In this document: positions 29,527 to 38,885 of the stretch, piece after piece
Layout of the letters: each line of letters starts with the position of its first letter
Numbering within the stretch: position 1 is the first letter of the stretch
NCBI GenBank assembly: GCA_963693665.1
Contig: CAVOAK010000003.1
Location: 1 to 46,707 of the forward strand
Direction: 5' to 3'
Origin: Alphaproteobacteria bacterium
GTDB lineage: Bacteria > Pseudomonadota > Alphaproteobacteria > UBA8366 > CAVOAK01
Length of the DNA stretch: 46,707 nt
Notes under the pieces: generated by a model
Databases searched by the model: none
Told to the model about the DNA's origin: nothing
What the model saw: the letters and a program-made list of their open reading frames with translations, nothing else
Made by a program: the position numbers and the translations under genes

Positions 29527-30741
29527 TCAAATCTGCACTAATCCGCCGCCAATTGGCATGATCTCCACCTTGTGCCCGGCTTTGAGCGCGGGCGCACCAG
29601 GCAATCGCACAACCAGACAATCAGCCTCCGCAAGCCGTGCCATCATCGAGCTATCCTGCCGAGAAAAGGGCGTCGCGACCGCGTTACCGCTATCGTCATA
29701 GTATAGTTGCGCGCGGAGATAGTCCTGCCGTTCGTCATTTGCTCCCAAATCACTGCCAAGTGTCGCCGTAGAGAGCCGCTCACGGCTAATGTCCATCCCC
29801 AACATTGCCTTCATCGCAGGTTTGATGAAGATCATTGCGCACACCATCGTAGAAACGGGGTTTCCCGGCAGGCCAATCACCGGCGTTTCGCCAATCTTGC
29901 CAAACATCAGTGGTTTTCCCGGCCGCATGGCGATCTGCCAGAAATCCAGCTCCATGCCTTCTTCACCGAGGACGCTGCGGACGAGATCATGTTCGCCCAC
30001 AGAAACACCTCCAGAGGTCAGGAGAAGGTCTGCGCCCTTTGCGCCAGCAAACATGCTCCGCAGGGTCTCACGATCATCCGGTGCAATGCCGAGCTGAAGG
30101 GGATCTCCACCCAACGCCGTAATGGTTGCGCCGAGCGCCAGACTATTCGAACTCACAATCTTGCCGGTGCCGATGTCAGCCCCCGGCATAACAATTTCGT
30201 TGCCAGTGGCAAGAATAGCGATCCTTGGCCGACGTCTGACCATGAGCCACGGGAGGTTCATAGCGGCGGCAAACCCGATATCGCGCGCGCTGAGCAGCCG
30301 TCCAGACTTGAGACCGACGTCACCGGCGCTGAAATCCAAGCCTGCTGGGCGTATATACCGCCCTTCGTCGACGTTTTCTTTAACCGTTACACGATCTGCC
30401 GATGCCTCGGTATTCTCCTGAATAACAATAGCGTTGGCCCCGTCGGGGACCGGCGCACCGGTAAAAATACGTGATGCCTGACCGGGCTTTAGCGTTCCGT
30501 CAAACGTATCTCCCGCTACCACATAGGCAACCACATCGAGATTTGCCGGCACTGTGGCAACATCCGATGCGATAACCGCGTAACCATCCATTGCCGATAC
30601 GGCAACAGGCGGCTGGGTACGGCGGGAGATGGCATCTTCAGCGAGCACGCGGCCATGAGCTAAAGCGAGGTTGACCTGTTCAGGCGCAAGGGGTTCAAAG
30701 GCACCAACAATACGGGCGATTGCTTCTTCAACTGAAATCAT
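29527..30741 (-). CDS. moeA: Molybdopterin molybdotransferase (Glp/MoeA)
   Basis: MISVEEA, SAMDGYA, RIFTGAP.P.GA, TGNE, SGGVSVG..D, MRPGKP, LPGNPVS. Confidence 0.96.
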   Translation of the reverse strand: MISVEEAIARIVGAFEPLAPEQVNLALAHGRVLAEDAISRRTQPPVAVSAMDGYAVIASDVATVPANLDVVAYVVAGDTFDGTLKPGQASRIFTGAPVPDGANAIVIQENTEASADRVTVKENVDEGRYIRPAGLDFSAGDVGLKSGRLLSARDIGFAAAMNLPWLMVRRRPRIAILATGNEIVMPGADIGTGKIVSSNSLALGATITALGGDPLQLGIAPDDRETLRSMFAGAKGADLLLTSGGVSVGEHDLVRSVLGEEGMELDFWQIAMRPGKPLMFGKIGETPVIGLPGNPVSTMVCAMIFIKPAMKAMLGMDISRERLSTATLGSDLGANDERQDYLRAQLYYDDSGNAVATPFSRQDSSMMARLAEADCLVVRLPGAPALKAGHKVEIMPIGGGLVQI

Positions 30742-31217
30742 AAATTTGCCTCATAAAGTCCTGATTTACCGCCTTTTTTATGAGTTAAGTGTATATTAGA
30801 AATTGACATAGCACGATCCACTGACTTGCACATATCGTAGATTGTGAGTGCTGTTACTGAAACCGCTGTAAGAGCTTCCATCTCGACACCGGTTCGACCC
30901 TCGACCTTGCAAGTCGCGGTGATATGGACCGCGCTATTCGCTTCATCCACGTCAAATGCGACGCTCACTGCGTCGAGTGACAGCGGATGGCAGAGCGGAA
31001 TGAGGTCGGAGGTCCGTTTTGCGCCCATAAGCCCAGCCAATCGTGCAACCGCAAGTACATCCCCTTTTTTCATCGTGCCGCCACGGATTTTGGCGAGGGT
31101 TTCAGCGCTCATGCTAACGCTGCCTTGAGCAATTGCCACGCGTGCCGTCACGGCTTTGGTGGAGACATCGACCATTGCCGCATTGCCGTTTGCATCAAAA
31201 TGGCTGAAATTCGCCAT
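30738..31217 (-). CDS. moaC: Cyclic pyranopterin monophosphate synthase
   Basis: [45 protein letters not shown]. Confidence 0.97.
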   Translation of the reverse strand: MANFSHFDANGNAAMVDVSTKAVTARVAIAQGSVSMSAETLAKIRGGTMKKGDVLAVARLAGLMGAKRTSDLIPLCHPLSLDAVSVAFDVDEANSAVHITATCKVEGRTGVEMEALTAVSVTALTIYDMCKSVDRAMSISNIHLTHKKGGKSGLYEANL

Positions 31218-31223
31218 ATTCTG

Positions 31224-32033
31224 TCAGGCAAGTGCTGGCGAGGTGACGTCGACGAGGGCGCGAGTGGCTGCTTCCACATCGGCCTGACGCATCAAAGCTT
31301 CGCCGACAAGAAAGCAACGCACATCAGATGAGGCCATGCGCTTTAAATCCTTCGGTGTCGCCAAACCACTTTCGCTGATTCGGATGCGATCATCCGGGAT
31401 TTTTGGTGCCAGACGCTCTGTCGTCGCTACATCAACTTCAAGAGACTTAAGGTTCCGATTGTTAATACCGATGAGCGGTGAATCAAGCATAAGTGCCCGA
31501 TCCAGTTCATTCTCGTCGTGTACCTCAACGAGTATATCCATCTCTAAGTCGCGCGCAACGCTGGCCAATTCTTTCGCCTCAGAGTCATCTAGAGCCGCCA
31601 AAATTATGAGAATGCAATCGGCACCAATCGCACGAGCTTCAAAAACTTGGTAGGGGTCGAGGATAAAATCCTTACGCAGTACGGGCAGTCGGGTCGTCGC
31701 ACGCGCAGCCGTCAAATATTCGTTCCGGCCTTGAAAATATGGAGTGTCCGTCAAGATCGAGAGGCATGTGGCACCCCCTGCTTCGTATGCGCGGGCGAGG
31801 GAAGCTGGTTCAAAATCTTCTCGGATCATGCCCTTGCTGGGCGAAGCCTTCTTAATCTCAGCAATTAGGCCATAGATACCGGATGCAAGTGCCTTGTGAA
31901 GAGAGGCGGTAAATCCTCGCGTTTTCGGCGCGTTCGCGGCCAATAATTCCATCTCCAAAAACGTACATGTCGCCTTACACGCTGCGATATGAAGGCGCTT
32001 ATCTGCGCAAATCCGGTCAAGAATGTCGCTCAT
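31224..32033 (-). CDS. trpC: Indole-3-glycerol phosphate synthase
   Basis: IAEIKKASPSKG, S.LTD..YF.G, LRKDF, LVEVH, GINNRNL, SESG, LVGE. Confidence 0.97.
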   Translation of the reverse strand: MSDILDRICADKRLHIAACKATCTFLEMELLAANAPKTRGFTASLHKALASGIYGLIAEIKKASPSKGMIREDFEPASLARAYEAGGATCLSILTDTPYFQGRNEYLTAARATTRLPVLRKDFILDPYQVFEARAIGADCILIILAALDDSEAKELASVARDLEMDILVEVHDENELDRALMLDSPLIGINNRNLKSLEVDVATTERLAPKIPDDRIRISESGLATPKDLKRMASSDVRCFLVGEALMRQADVEAATRALVDVTSPALA

Positions 32034-33064
32034 ACGGCATTGCCGGCAATCGAAATCAATTTTTCCAACGCCGCCGTGGCACTTCCATCGTCGATTGCCT
32101 TCACGGCAACCAAAACACCCGCGCGCAGATCGGTTACCCTTCCGGCAACGATGAGGGCCGCAGCCGCATTCAGCGCAACAATGTCACGCAATGGCCCCGT
32201 CTCACCTGACAACATTGCCCGGATGGCGTTTGCGTTCTCCTCAGGATTGCCCCCTTTGAGGTCGTCCAGAGTTGCGCGCGCCAGGCCAGCTTCCTCTGGC
32301 GATACCTCAAATGTTGAGACCTGACCGCGGTCAAGGGCCGCCACGAAACTTGGTCCGGTCGTCGTCAGCTCATCCATTCCGTCGGCACCGTGCACAACCC
32401 AGGCACGCTCAGCACCGAGTTTGCCGAGAACCGTCGCCATCGGTTCGATCCATTTGCGGTCAAATGTGCCGACAAGAAGGCGTTTTACGGAAGCTGGGTT
32501 TGCGAGGGGGCCTAGGATATTGAAGATCGTGCGGACCCCCATCTCAACCCGCGTCGGCCCAACGTTGCGCATGGCTCCATGATGCCGAGACGCCAACAGA
32601 AAGCCAATGTTCGCTTCGGCTATTGCCCTCTCAACGTTCTTAAAGTCGGCATCTAAATCGACACCCAAAACGCTTAGTACATCGGCCGCACCAGATTTTG
32701 AGGTAAATGCACGATTGCCGTGTTTAGCAACAGGCACGCCGCATCCGGCAACAACGAGCGCGGCCGCCGTTGACACGTTGTGGGTACCCATCGCATCACC
32801 GCCGGTGCCAACGATGTCCATTGCATCTTCTGGAGCACCAACAGACGTCGCCTTAGCACGCATGGCGCGTGCGGCGCCGGTTATCTCCTCGACAGTCTCA
32901 CCGCGCAGCCGTAGGGCCATCAAAAGAGCCCCGATTTGCGAGGGCGTTGCGTTGCCTGACATAATGATATCAAACGCCTGTTCCGCCTCGCTCTCGCTCA
33001 GTGAACTCCCGTCCGCAACTTTTGCCAACGTAGGCTTCAAATTGATGCCGCTATCTGCCATCAC
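32030..33064 (-). CDS. trpD: Anthranilate phosphoribosyltransferase
   Basis: D.VGTGGD, NVST, KHGNR..TS..G.AD, RTIFN.LGPL.NP, GMDE; start GTG 33064 or ATG 33061. Confidence 0.97.
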   Translation of the reverse strand: MMADSGINLKPTLAKVADGSSLSESEAEQAFDIIMSGNATPSQIGALLMALRLRGETVEEITGAARAMRAKATSVGAPEDAMDIVGTGGDAMGTHNVSTAAALVVAGCGVPVAKHGNRAFTSKSGAADVLSVLGVDLDADFKNVERAIAEANIGFLLASRHHGAMRNVGPTRVEMGVRTIFNILGPLANPASVKRLLVGTFDRKWIEPMATVLGKLGAERAWVVHGADGMDELTTTGPSFVAALDRGQVSTFEVSPEEAGLARATLDDLKGGNPEENANAIRAMLSGETGPLRDIVALNAAAALIVAGRVTDLRAGVLVAVKAIDDGSATAALEKLISIAGNAV

Positions 33065-33663
33065 GCGGCCTTATCGGCGGAATTTGGACCGGCTTCCACC
33101 AAAGTTAAGAAGTTCCGGAGCAGAGTGTGCCCACACTCGGTAGCTATACTTTCCGGATGAAATTGGACGCCGTGAATCGGTAATACACTGTGGGAAATTC
33201 CCATAATCAACGCGTCATTGGTTTCCGCTGTTACGTCGAAGCAGTCGGGCAATGATTCACGGTCCACGATCAGAGAATGATACCGCGTCGCCGCGAACGG
33301 GCTTGGAATATCTCCAAAAAGCGGATGGTTGGTATGCATAATGTCACTTACTTTGCCGTGCATCGGCATTGGCGCATGCGCGATATGGCCACCAAATGCC
33401 TCTGCGATCGACTGATGACCGAGGCAAACCCCAAGCACAGGCAAATTCCTTTCAGCAGCCGCTCGCACCAAGTCGATACAAATTCCCGAATTCGTCGGTA
33501 TTCCTGGCCCAGGTGAGATAATAACCGCCTGCGGTCGCATCGCCATCACTTGCTCGACAGTCACAACATCATTGCGATGAACATCAACATTTGCACCGAG
33601 CTCACCAAAATACTGGACCAGGTTGTAGGTAAAGCTGTCGTAGTTATCAATTAATACATACAT
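33061..33663 (-). CDS. trpG: Anthranilate synthase component II (glutamine amidotransferase)
   Basis: IDNYDSFTYNL, SPGPG, GVCLGHQ, RYHSL, QFHPES. Confidence 0.96.
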   Translation of the reverse strand: MYVLIDNYDSFTYNLVQYFGELGANVDVHRNDVVTVEQVMAMRPQAVIISPGPGIPTNSGICIDLVRAAAERNLPVLGVCLGHQSIAEAFGGHIAHAPMPMHGKVSDIMHTNHPLFGDIPSPFAATRYHSLIVDRESLPDCFDVTAETNDALIMGISHSVLPIHGVQFHPESIATECGHTLLRNFLTLVEAGPNSADKAA

Positions 33664-33805
33664 TACAATACACTAAGTTATGCTCTTGAGAGCACGGTAT
33701 GTTGAAAGCCTTATTATATAGCAGGGATATTTAAGCGACGAAAGCACGCCCGACCGCGCACAGCACCGCTTGACCCTGCTGGTCGACGATACGCATATGT
33801 CCCGT

Positions 33806-36052
33806 ATGAACGAGACCACAACCGACGCCCAAATATATACCTGTCCAATGCATCCTGAAGTTCAGCAAGCAGGCCCTGGTTCCTGCCCGGACTGCGGAAT
33901 GGCACTGGAGGCTATGGGCCTGCCGGCAGCCACACGGCGGACCGAATACACTTGCCCGATGCATCCCGAGGTTATCACGCAGGTTTCAAGCGACTGCCCG
34001 ATTTGCGGAATGGCACTCGAGCCGACCGTCATTGATTTGTCGCCAGTGGTGAATGTGGAACTCGACGACATGACTCGCCGATTTTGGGTGTCGGCGGCAC
34101 TTTCCTTGCCAGTGCTCGTGATCGCGATGTCGGACCTTATCCCAAGCTTGCCGCTCCAAAAGGCAGTTTCCGTATCAAATCTCGTGTGGATCCAGTTGAT
34201 TCTAGCAACTCCGGTCGTCCTTTGGGCCGGACTTCCATTCTTCCAGCGCGGTTGGGCGTCACTGATTTATAGAAAACTCAACATGTTCACGTTGATCGCC
34301 ACCGGGGTTGGCGTTGCATATATCTATAGTTTGTTTGCAGCCCTCGTTCCCGGCATTTTCCCCGACACGTTTCGCGTTGAGGGAGCAGTCGCCGTGTATT
34401 TTGAGGCTGCTGCAGTCATAACGACGCTTGTTTTGCTCGGTCAGGTTTTGGAACTGCGGGCGCGCAGTCGGACGAGCGGTGCACTCCGGGCATTGCTTGA
34501 TCTATCGCCTAAGATGGCGCGACGCTTAGACGACCACGGTGGCGAAGAAGACATTCCGCTGGACGCATTACTGGCCGGCAACAAATTGCGTGTTCGCCCA
34601 GGAGAGAAGGTTCCGGTCGATGGCGTGATTCTGGAAGGTGAAAGCGCGGTTGATGAATCGATGGTGACCGGCGAGTCGATGCCGATAAAAAAAACGCCGG
34701 GAAGCCAAGTGATCGGCGCGACGGTAAACGGAACCGGCGGATTTATCATGCGGGCCGATCGCGTCGGCAGCGAATCACTTCTGGCTCAAATAGTTCTTAT
34801 GGTGAGCGAGGCCCAACGAAGTCGCGCACCAATCCAGCGTGTTGCCGATGCTGTGGCAGGATACTTCGTTCCCATTGTCATCGTCGCGGCAGTATTCACC
34901 TTTGTCGCCTGGAGTGTATTTGGCCCTGAACCGCGCTTGGCGTTTGCACTAATCAACGCGGTTGCGGTTCTGATAATTGCGTGTCCATGTGCACTTGGCC
35001 TCGCGACTCCGATGTCGATCATGGTCGGAATGGGGCGGGGTGCAGAAACCGGTGTCCTCATCAAGAATGCCGAAGCGCTCGAAATTCTCGAACGAGTCGA
35101 CACGCTTATCGTCGATAAAACAGGCACCCTGACGGAAGGAAAGCCGAGGCTCACAACAATAATCAACAATGAACAAATAACCGAAAATGAGTTGCTGCGA
35201 CTATCGGCAAGTCTTGAGCGTGGCAGCGAGCACCCGCTTGCCGCCGCTCTTGTGGCTGCAGCGGAAGAAAAAAACCTTCAATTATCTAAAGCTGAAGACT
35301 TTTTTGCGGTACTTGGCAAAGGCGTCACAGGACGAGTAGATGGACGTCGTGTCGCGCTTGGAAACGCAGCCTTATTCAAAGATCTAGATGTTTTTGTAAG
35401 CGAATTCCAAGATCGGGCGGAGTTTTTGGAGAAAGAGGGTGCGACGGTCATGTTTGTCGCACTTGACGATGCATCCGTTGGATTTGTTGCTGTCGCCGAC
35501 CCCATAAAGAAGAACGCTGAATATACAATCCGTCAACTGCACGAAGAGGGGTTGCGGATCGTCATGGTGACCGGCGATAACGCCAGAACTGCTGAAGCTA
35601 TCGCCCATAAGCTCGGCATTGATGAAATCGAAGCCGAAGTCCTGCCACAACAAAAAGCAGAAATCGTCCAACGTCTTCAGGCCGAGGGGAGGCGTGTCGC
35701 CATGGCAGGCGATGGCGTAAACGATGCACCGGCCTTGGCACAGGCTGACGTTGGGATGGCGATGGGCAGCGGTACCGACGTCGCCATCGAAAGTGCCGCA
35801 GTGACACTCGTCCGAGGCGATCTGCAAGGGATTGTACAGGCTAGGCGATTAAGTCGGGCAACGATGCGCAATATTCGTCAAAATCTGTTTTTTGCGTTCG
35901 TTTACAACGGTCTTGGCGTGCCCCTTGCGGCTGGCGTTCTCTTCCCTTGGTTTGAAATCCTGCTCAACCCGATGATCGCAAGCGCTGCGATGAGCCTCAG
36001 CTCAGTATCGGTGATCGGCAACGCCTTACGATTGCGCAACACCGCCCTATAG
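33806..36052 (+). CDS. copA: Cu(I)/Ag(I)-translocating P1B-type ATPase with two N-terminal YTCPMHP heavy-metal-binding repeats
   Basis: [33 protein letters not shown], transmembrane YN and M..SS; start uncertain (TTG 33770, ATG 33797 or ATG 33806). Confidence 0.92.
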   Translation: MNETTTDAQIYTCPMHPEVQQAGPGSCPDCGMALEAMGLPAATRRTEYTCPMHPEVITQVSSDCPICGMALEPTVIDLSPVVNVELDDMTRRFWVSAALSLPVLVIAMSDLIPSLPLQKAVSVSNLVWIQLILATPVVLWAGLPFFQRGWASLIYRKLNMFTLIATGVGVAYIYSLFAALVPGIFPDTFRVEGAVAVYFEAAAVITTLVLLGQVLELRARSRTSGALRALLDLSPKMARRLDDHGGEEDIPLDALLAGNKLRVRPGEKVPVDGVILEGESAVDESMVTGESMPIKKTPGSQVIGATVNGTGGFIMRADRVGSESLLAQIVLMVSEAQRSRAPIQRVADAVAGYFVPIVIVAAVFTFVAWSVFGPEPRLAFALINAVAVLIIACPCALGLATPMSIMVGMGRGAETGVLIKNAEALEILERVDTLIVDKTGTLTEGKPRLTTIINNEQITENELLRLSASLERGSEHPLAAALVAAAEEKNLQLSKAEDFFAVLGKGVTGRVDGRRVALGNAALFKDLDVFVSEFQDRAEFLEKEGATVMFVALDDASVGFVAVADPIKKNAEYTIRQLHEEGLRIVMVTGDNARTAEAIAHKLGIDEIEAEVLPQQKAEIVQRLQAEGRRVAMAGDGVNDAPALAQADVGMAMGSGTDVAIESAAVTLVRGDLQGIVQARRLSRATMRNIRQNLFFAFVYNGLGVPLAAGVLFPWFEILLNPMIASAAMSLSSVSVIGNALRLRNTAL
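33836..34024 (+). repeat. Tandem intragenic duplication encoding two YTCPMHP-x-CPxCGMALE domains
   Basis: Units start at 33836 and 33947; ATGCATCC and TGCGGAATGGCACT are identical in both copies. Confidence 0.85.
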
Positions 36053-36140
36053 TGGTTTTGATTTTGTCGACCGTTGCTGTCCTGTCTTGTAGTCCGCCGC
36101 TCTAGACATATAGTGCAAAAGCATTTCAGTGCAGCGAGAT

Positions 36141-37364
36141 ATGTCGAAACTAGCCACACGAAAACCGATCAAACGATCGAAACCACCCGGTGCGCCGAAG
36201 CGTAAGGCCCGTGGCAAAACGCCTGGTACAAGCGCTAAAGGAGCGACAGGCCGGAGCCGACACCCATCATCGGTCCTTATGTGGCTGAGCGGCAAAGTTC
36301 TCACCACGATCTTGCCAGCACTGTTCTTTGGCATTGGGTTGGGAATCGTGATCGGCTACTGGCTCGATCCTGAAGACAAGCTTCCTATCTCTAACGTTGC
36401 CATCGAGAATTCTGTTCAAACACGCTCCGTTCCTCGTCCGGAATCCATTCCTTCAGGTCCCGTGCTCGTTGCGCCTGAGCAGGCGCCGCAGAAGATTATA
36501 CCGACGAATACTGCGCCGATGGAAACCGTGCCGACAGAAACCGTACAAACTGTTGTGCGTATACAGCTGAATGACGAGCAAGTGGTCGCGTTGCCGACAG
36601 TTTCTGAACGATCAGCGCCTGCACCGACCATAACAAAGAAAAAGCAATGGCTCGCAAACGCGGTAATTTCGGCTGTCGACAAGAAAAAACCGGCCATCGC
36701 TCTAGTTATCGACGATGTCGGGGTTGATCTAAAACGTGCTCGTCGGGCCGTCGCTCTCAAGGGTCCGTTGACGATCGCGATCATGACCTATGCCAACGAC
36801 ATAACAGCGCTTGCATCAACGGCGCACCTAAATGGCCACGAATTGATGGTGCATGTGCCGATGGAACCGGTCGATCTCAGCTCGAACGCCGGGCCCAATG
36901 TGCTCCTAACGTCGCACGAATCCGGCGAACTGATGCGCCGGCTTGAATGGGCTCTTACACGGTTCGATGGTTATGTTGGAATCAATAACCATATGGGTAG
37001 TCGATTCACGGCATGGGAACCTGGAATGAGGTTGGTACTCGCAGAACTTAATAAGCGCGGTCTGTTGTATCTTGATTCGCGCACGTCATCGGAGTCCAAA
37101 GCGGGGCAGGTGGCCCGCAAACTAAGTCTCCCTTTTGCATCCCGTGATGTATTTCTCGACAACGACCCGACACCAGATGCCGTGCGGCAGCAAATTGTTG
37201 AGTTGGAGGAGATTGCAAAACGATATGGCTACGCGGTCGGAATTGGCCATCCTCATGATGCAACGATTGAAGTCTTGAGCGAATGGTTGCTGCACGCCGA
37301 AGAACGCGGCTTTGTTCTCGTCCCGATAAGTGCCATCGTTCAGCGACGACTGGCGAAATCTTGA
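36141..37364 (+). CDS. Divergent polysaccharide deacetylase family protein (YibQ-like), membrane-anchored
   Basis: IA.VIDD.G, HVPMEP, G.NNHMGS, DSRT, RDVFLDN, IGHP; basic N-terminus, one TM helix, Pro-rich linker; start set at ATG 36141. Confidence 0.9.
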   Translation: MSKLATRKPIKRSKPPGAPKRKARGKTPGTSAKGATGRSRHPSSVLMWLSGKVLTTILPALFFGIGLGIVIGYWLDPEDKLPISNVAIENSVQTRSVPRPESIPSGPVLVAPEQAPQKIIPTNTAPMETVPTETVQTVVRIQLNDEQVVALPTVSERSAPAPTITKKKQWLANAVISAVDKKKPAIALVIDDVGVDLKRARRAVALKGPLTIAIMTYANDITALASTAHLNGHELMVHVPMEPVDLSSNAGPNVLLTSHESGELMRRLEWALTRFDGYVGINNHMGSRFTAWEPGMRLVLAELNKRGLLYLDSRTSSESKAGQVARKLSLPFASRDVFLDNDPTPDAVRQQIVELEEIAKRYGYAVGIGHPHDATIEVLSEWLLHAEERGFVLVPISAIVQRRLAKS

Positions 37365-37371
37365 TCGAAAA

Positions 37372-38880
37372 CTAGCGATTACCTGAGGCTTCGCCGACTG
37401 CTTCCTCGGCGGCGCGTATGAGCGCTCGTGCCTTGTTCTGACTTTCCTCAAATTCCAGGTGTGGATCGCTATCTGCAACAATTCCGCCGCCAGCCTGCAC
37501 GTACATCGTGCCATCCTTAACAATCGCGGTTCTCAGCGCGATGCAGGTATCCATATCACCGTTCGCGCCAAGATAACCAATGCAACCGGCGTACACACCA
37601 CGCTTTTCGGCCTCTAATTCATCAATGATTTCCATTGCCCGAACCTTTGGTGCACCGGATACCGTCCCGGCCGGAAAGCCCGCAATTAAAGCCGCCAGTG
37701 CATCATGTTGGGAGGCAATAGAGCCCTCAATATTGGAGACGATATGCATGACGTGTGAGTAGAGTTCAATTTTCATTTTCTCAGTGACTTCGACTGAGCC
37801 AATATCTGCGACTCGGCCAACGTCATTGCGACCAAGATCAAGCAGCATGAGATGTTCAGCCAGTTCCTTTGGATCAGCCAACAAATCTTCCGCCAACGCG
37901 CGATCTTCAGCTTCGTTTGCACCCCGCGGCCTTGTGCCGGCGATTGGCCTCACAGTGACTTTACCTTCCCGCAACCGAACTAAGATCTCTGGGCTGGATC
38001 CGACGATCGAAAAGTCTCCAAAATTCAGGTAAACGAGAAATGGAGACGGGTTTAGTCGCCGCAATGCGCGGTAAAGGGAAAATGACGAGAGTTCGAACGG
38101 TACTGCAAATCGTTGACTCAAAACGACCTGAAATATGTCACCAGCAAGAATATATTTCTTGGCGCGTTCAACCATTTTGCAAAACGTATGGTGTGACATG
38201 TTCGAAACAGGAATTGGCTTTTTAGCCTGGGGCACCCTTGCTTTGTCATCATGGGAAACAGGCTGTGAAAAGTCTGCCAGCACGCTGCTCAGACGATCAG
38301 AACCCAGGCGGTGTGCATCGACAGCGTTCTGGCCGTCTTGCGGGCGTACTGGCGTTACAATTGTTACGGTATCCTCGATGTTGTCGAAGATTGCTATTAC
38401 CGTCGGACGCAGAAACATGCCGTCAGGAAGTCCCAATGTATCTGGGTTTACATTTGGGAGATGCTCCATCAAGCGAACGGTGTCGTAACTCATATAACCG
38501 ATGAGGCCAGCCGCCATTGGTGGCAAGTGCGGCGGTAAATCGATAGCCGATTCGACATGCAGCGCCCTCAATGTATCAAGCACGTCGCCGGCGCAGGGCT
38601 CATAGGTATCCTCGCCGGCGAGAGCATTTCGGTTGATCTCGGCTTTGCTACCGTGACAGCGCCAGATGAGATCGGGGTTCAGGCCAATAAAGGAGTATCG
38701 CCCGCGAATCTTTCCGCCTTCAACAGACTCGAAGAGAAAACTGTTTGGTCGGTTATCGGCAAGCTTCAACATTGCCGAGACTGGTGTATCCAGATCGGCG
38801 ATAAAGGTTGTCCACATAACCTGCGGTTTGCCCGCGTCGTAGGTTAAGGAAAAGCCGCCCAGTGCCGGATTTGACTGCAT
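37372..38880 (-). CDS. trpE: Anthranilate synthase component I
   Basis: DLDTPVS, LFESVEGG..RGRYS, GDIFQVVLS, NPSP, PIAGTR, EHLML.DL.RND, PAGTVSGAPK. Confidence 0.97.
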   Translation of the reverse strand: MQSNPALGGFSLTYDAGKPQVMWTTFIADLDTPVSAMLKLADNRPNSFLFESVEGGKIRGRYSFIGLNPDLIWRCHGSKAEINRNALAGEDTYEPCAGDVLDTLRALHVESAIDLPPHLPPMAAGLIGYMSYDTVRLMEHLPNVNPDTLGLPDGMFLRPTVIAIFDNIEDTVTIVTPVRPQDGQNAVDAHRLGSDRLSSVLADFSQPVSHDDKARVPQAKKPIPVSNMSHHTFCKMVERAKKYILAGDIFQVVLSQRFAVPFELSSFSLYRALRRLNPSPFLVYLNFGDFSIVGSSPEILVRLREGKVTVRPIAGTRPRGANEAEDRALAEDLLADPKELAEHLMLLDLGRNDVGRVADIGSVEVTEKMKIELYSHVMHIVSNIEGSIASQHDALAALIAGFPAGTVSGAPKVRAMEIIDELEAEKRGVYAGCIGYLGANGDMDTCIALRTAIVKDGTMYVQAGGGIVADSDPHLEFEESQNKARALIRAAEEAVGEASGNR

Positions 38881-38885
38881 GTGGT

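Noticed and set aside
29707-30474. 255-aa ORF antisense to moeA
   Set aside because: Shadow ORF fully inside a conserved gene, with no motifs.
33664-37371. copA block as a mobile element or island
   Set aside because: No transposase, integrase, terminal repeats or obvious compositional shift.
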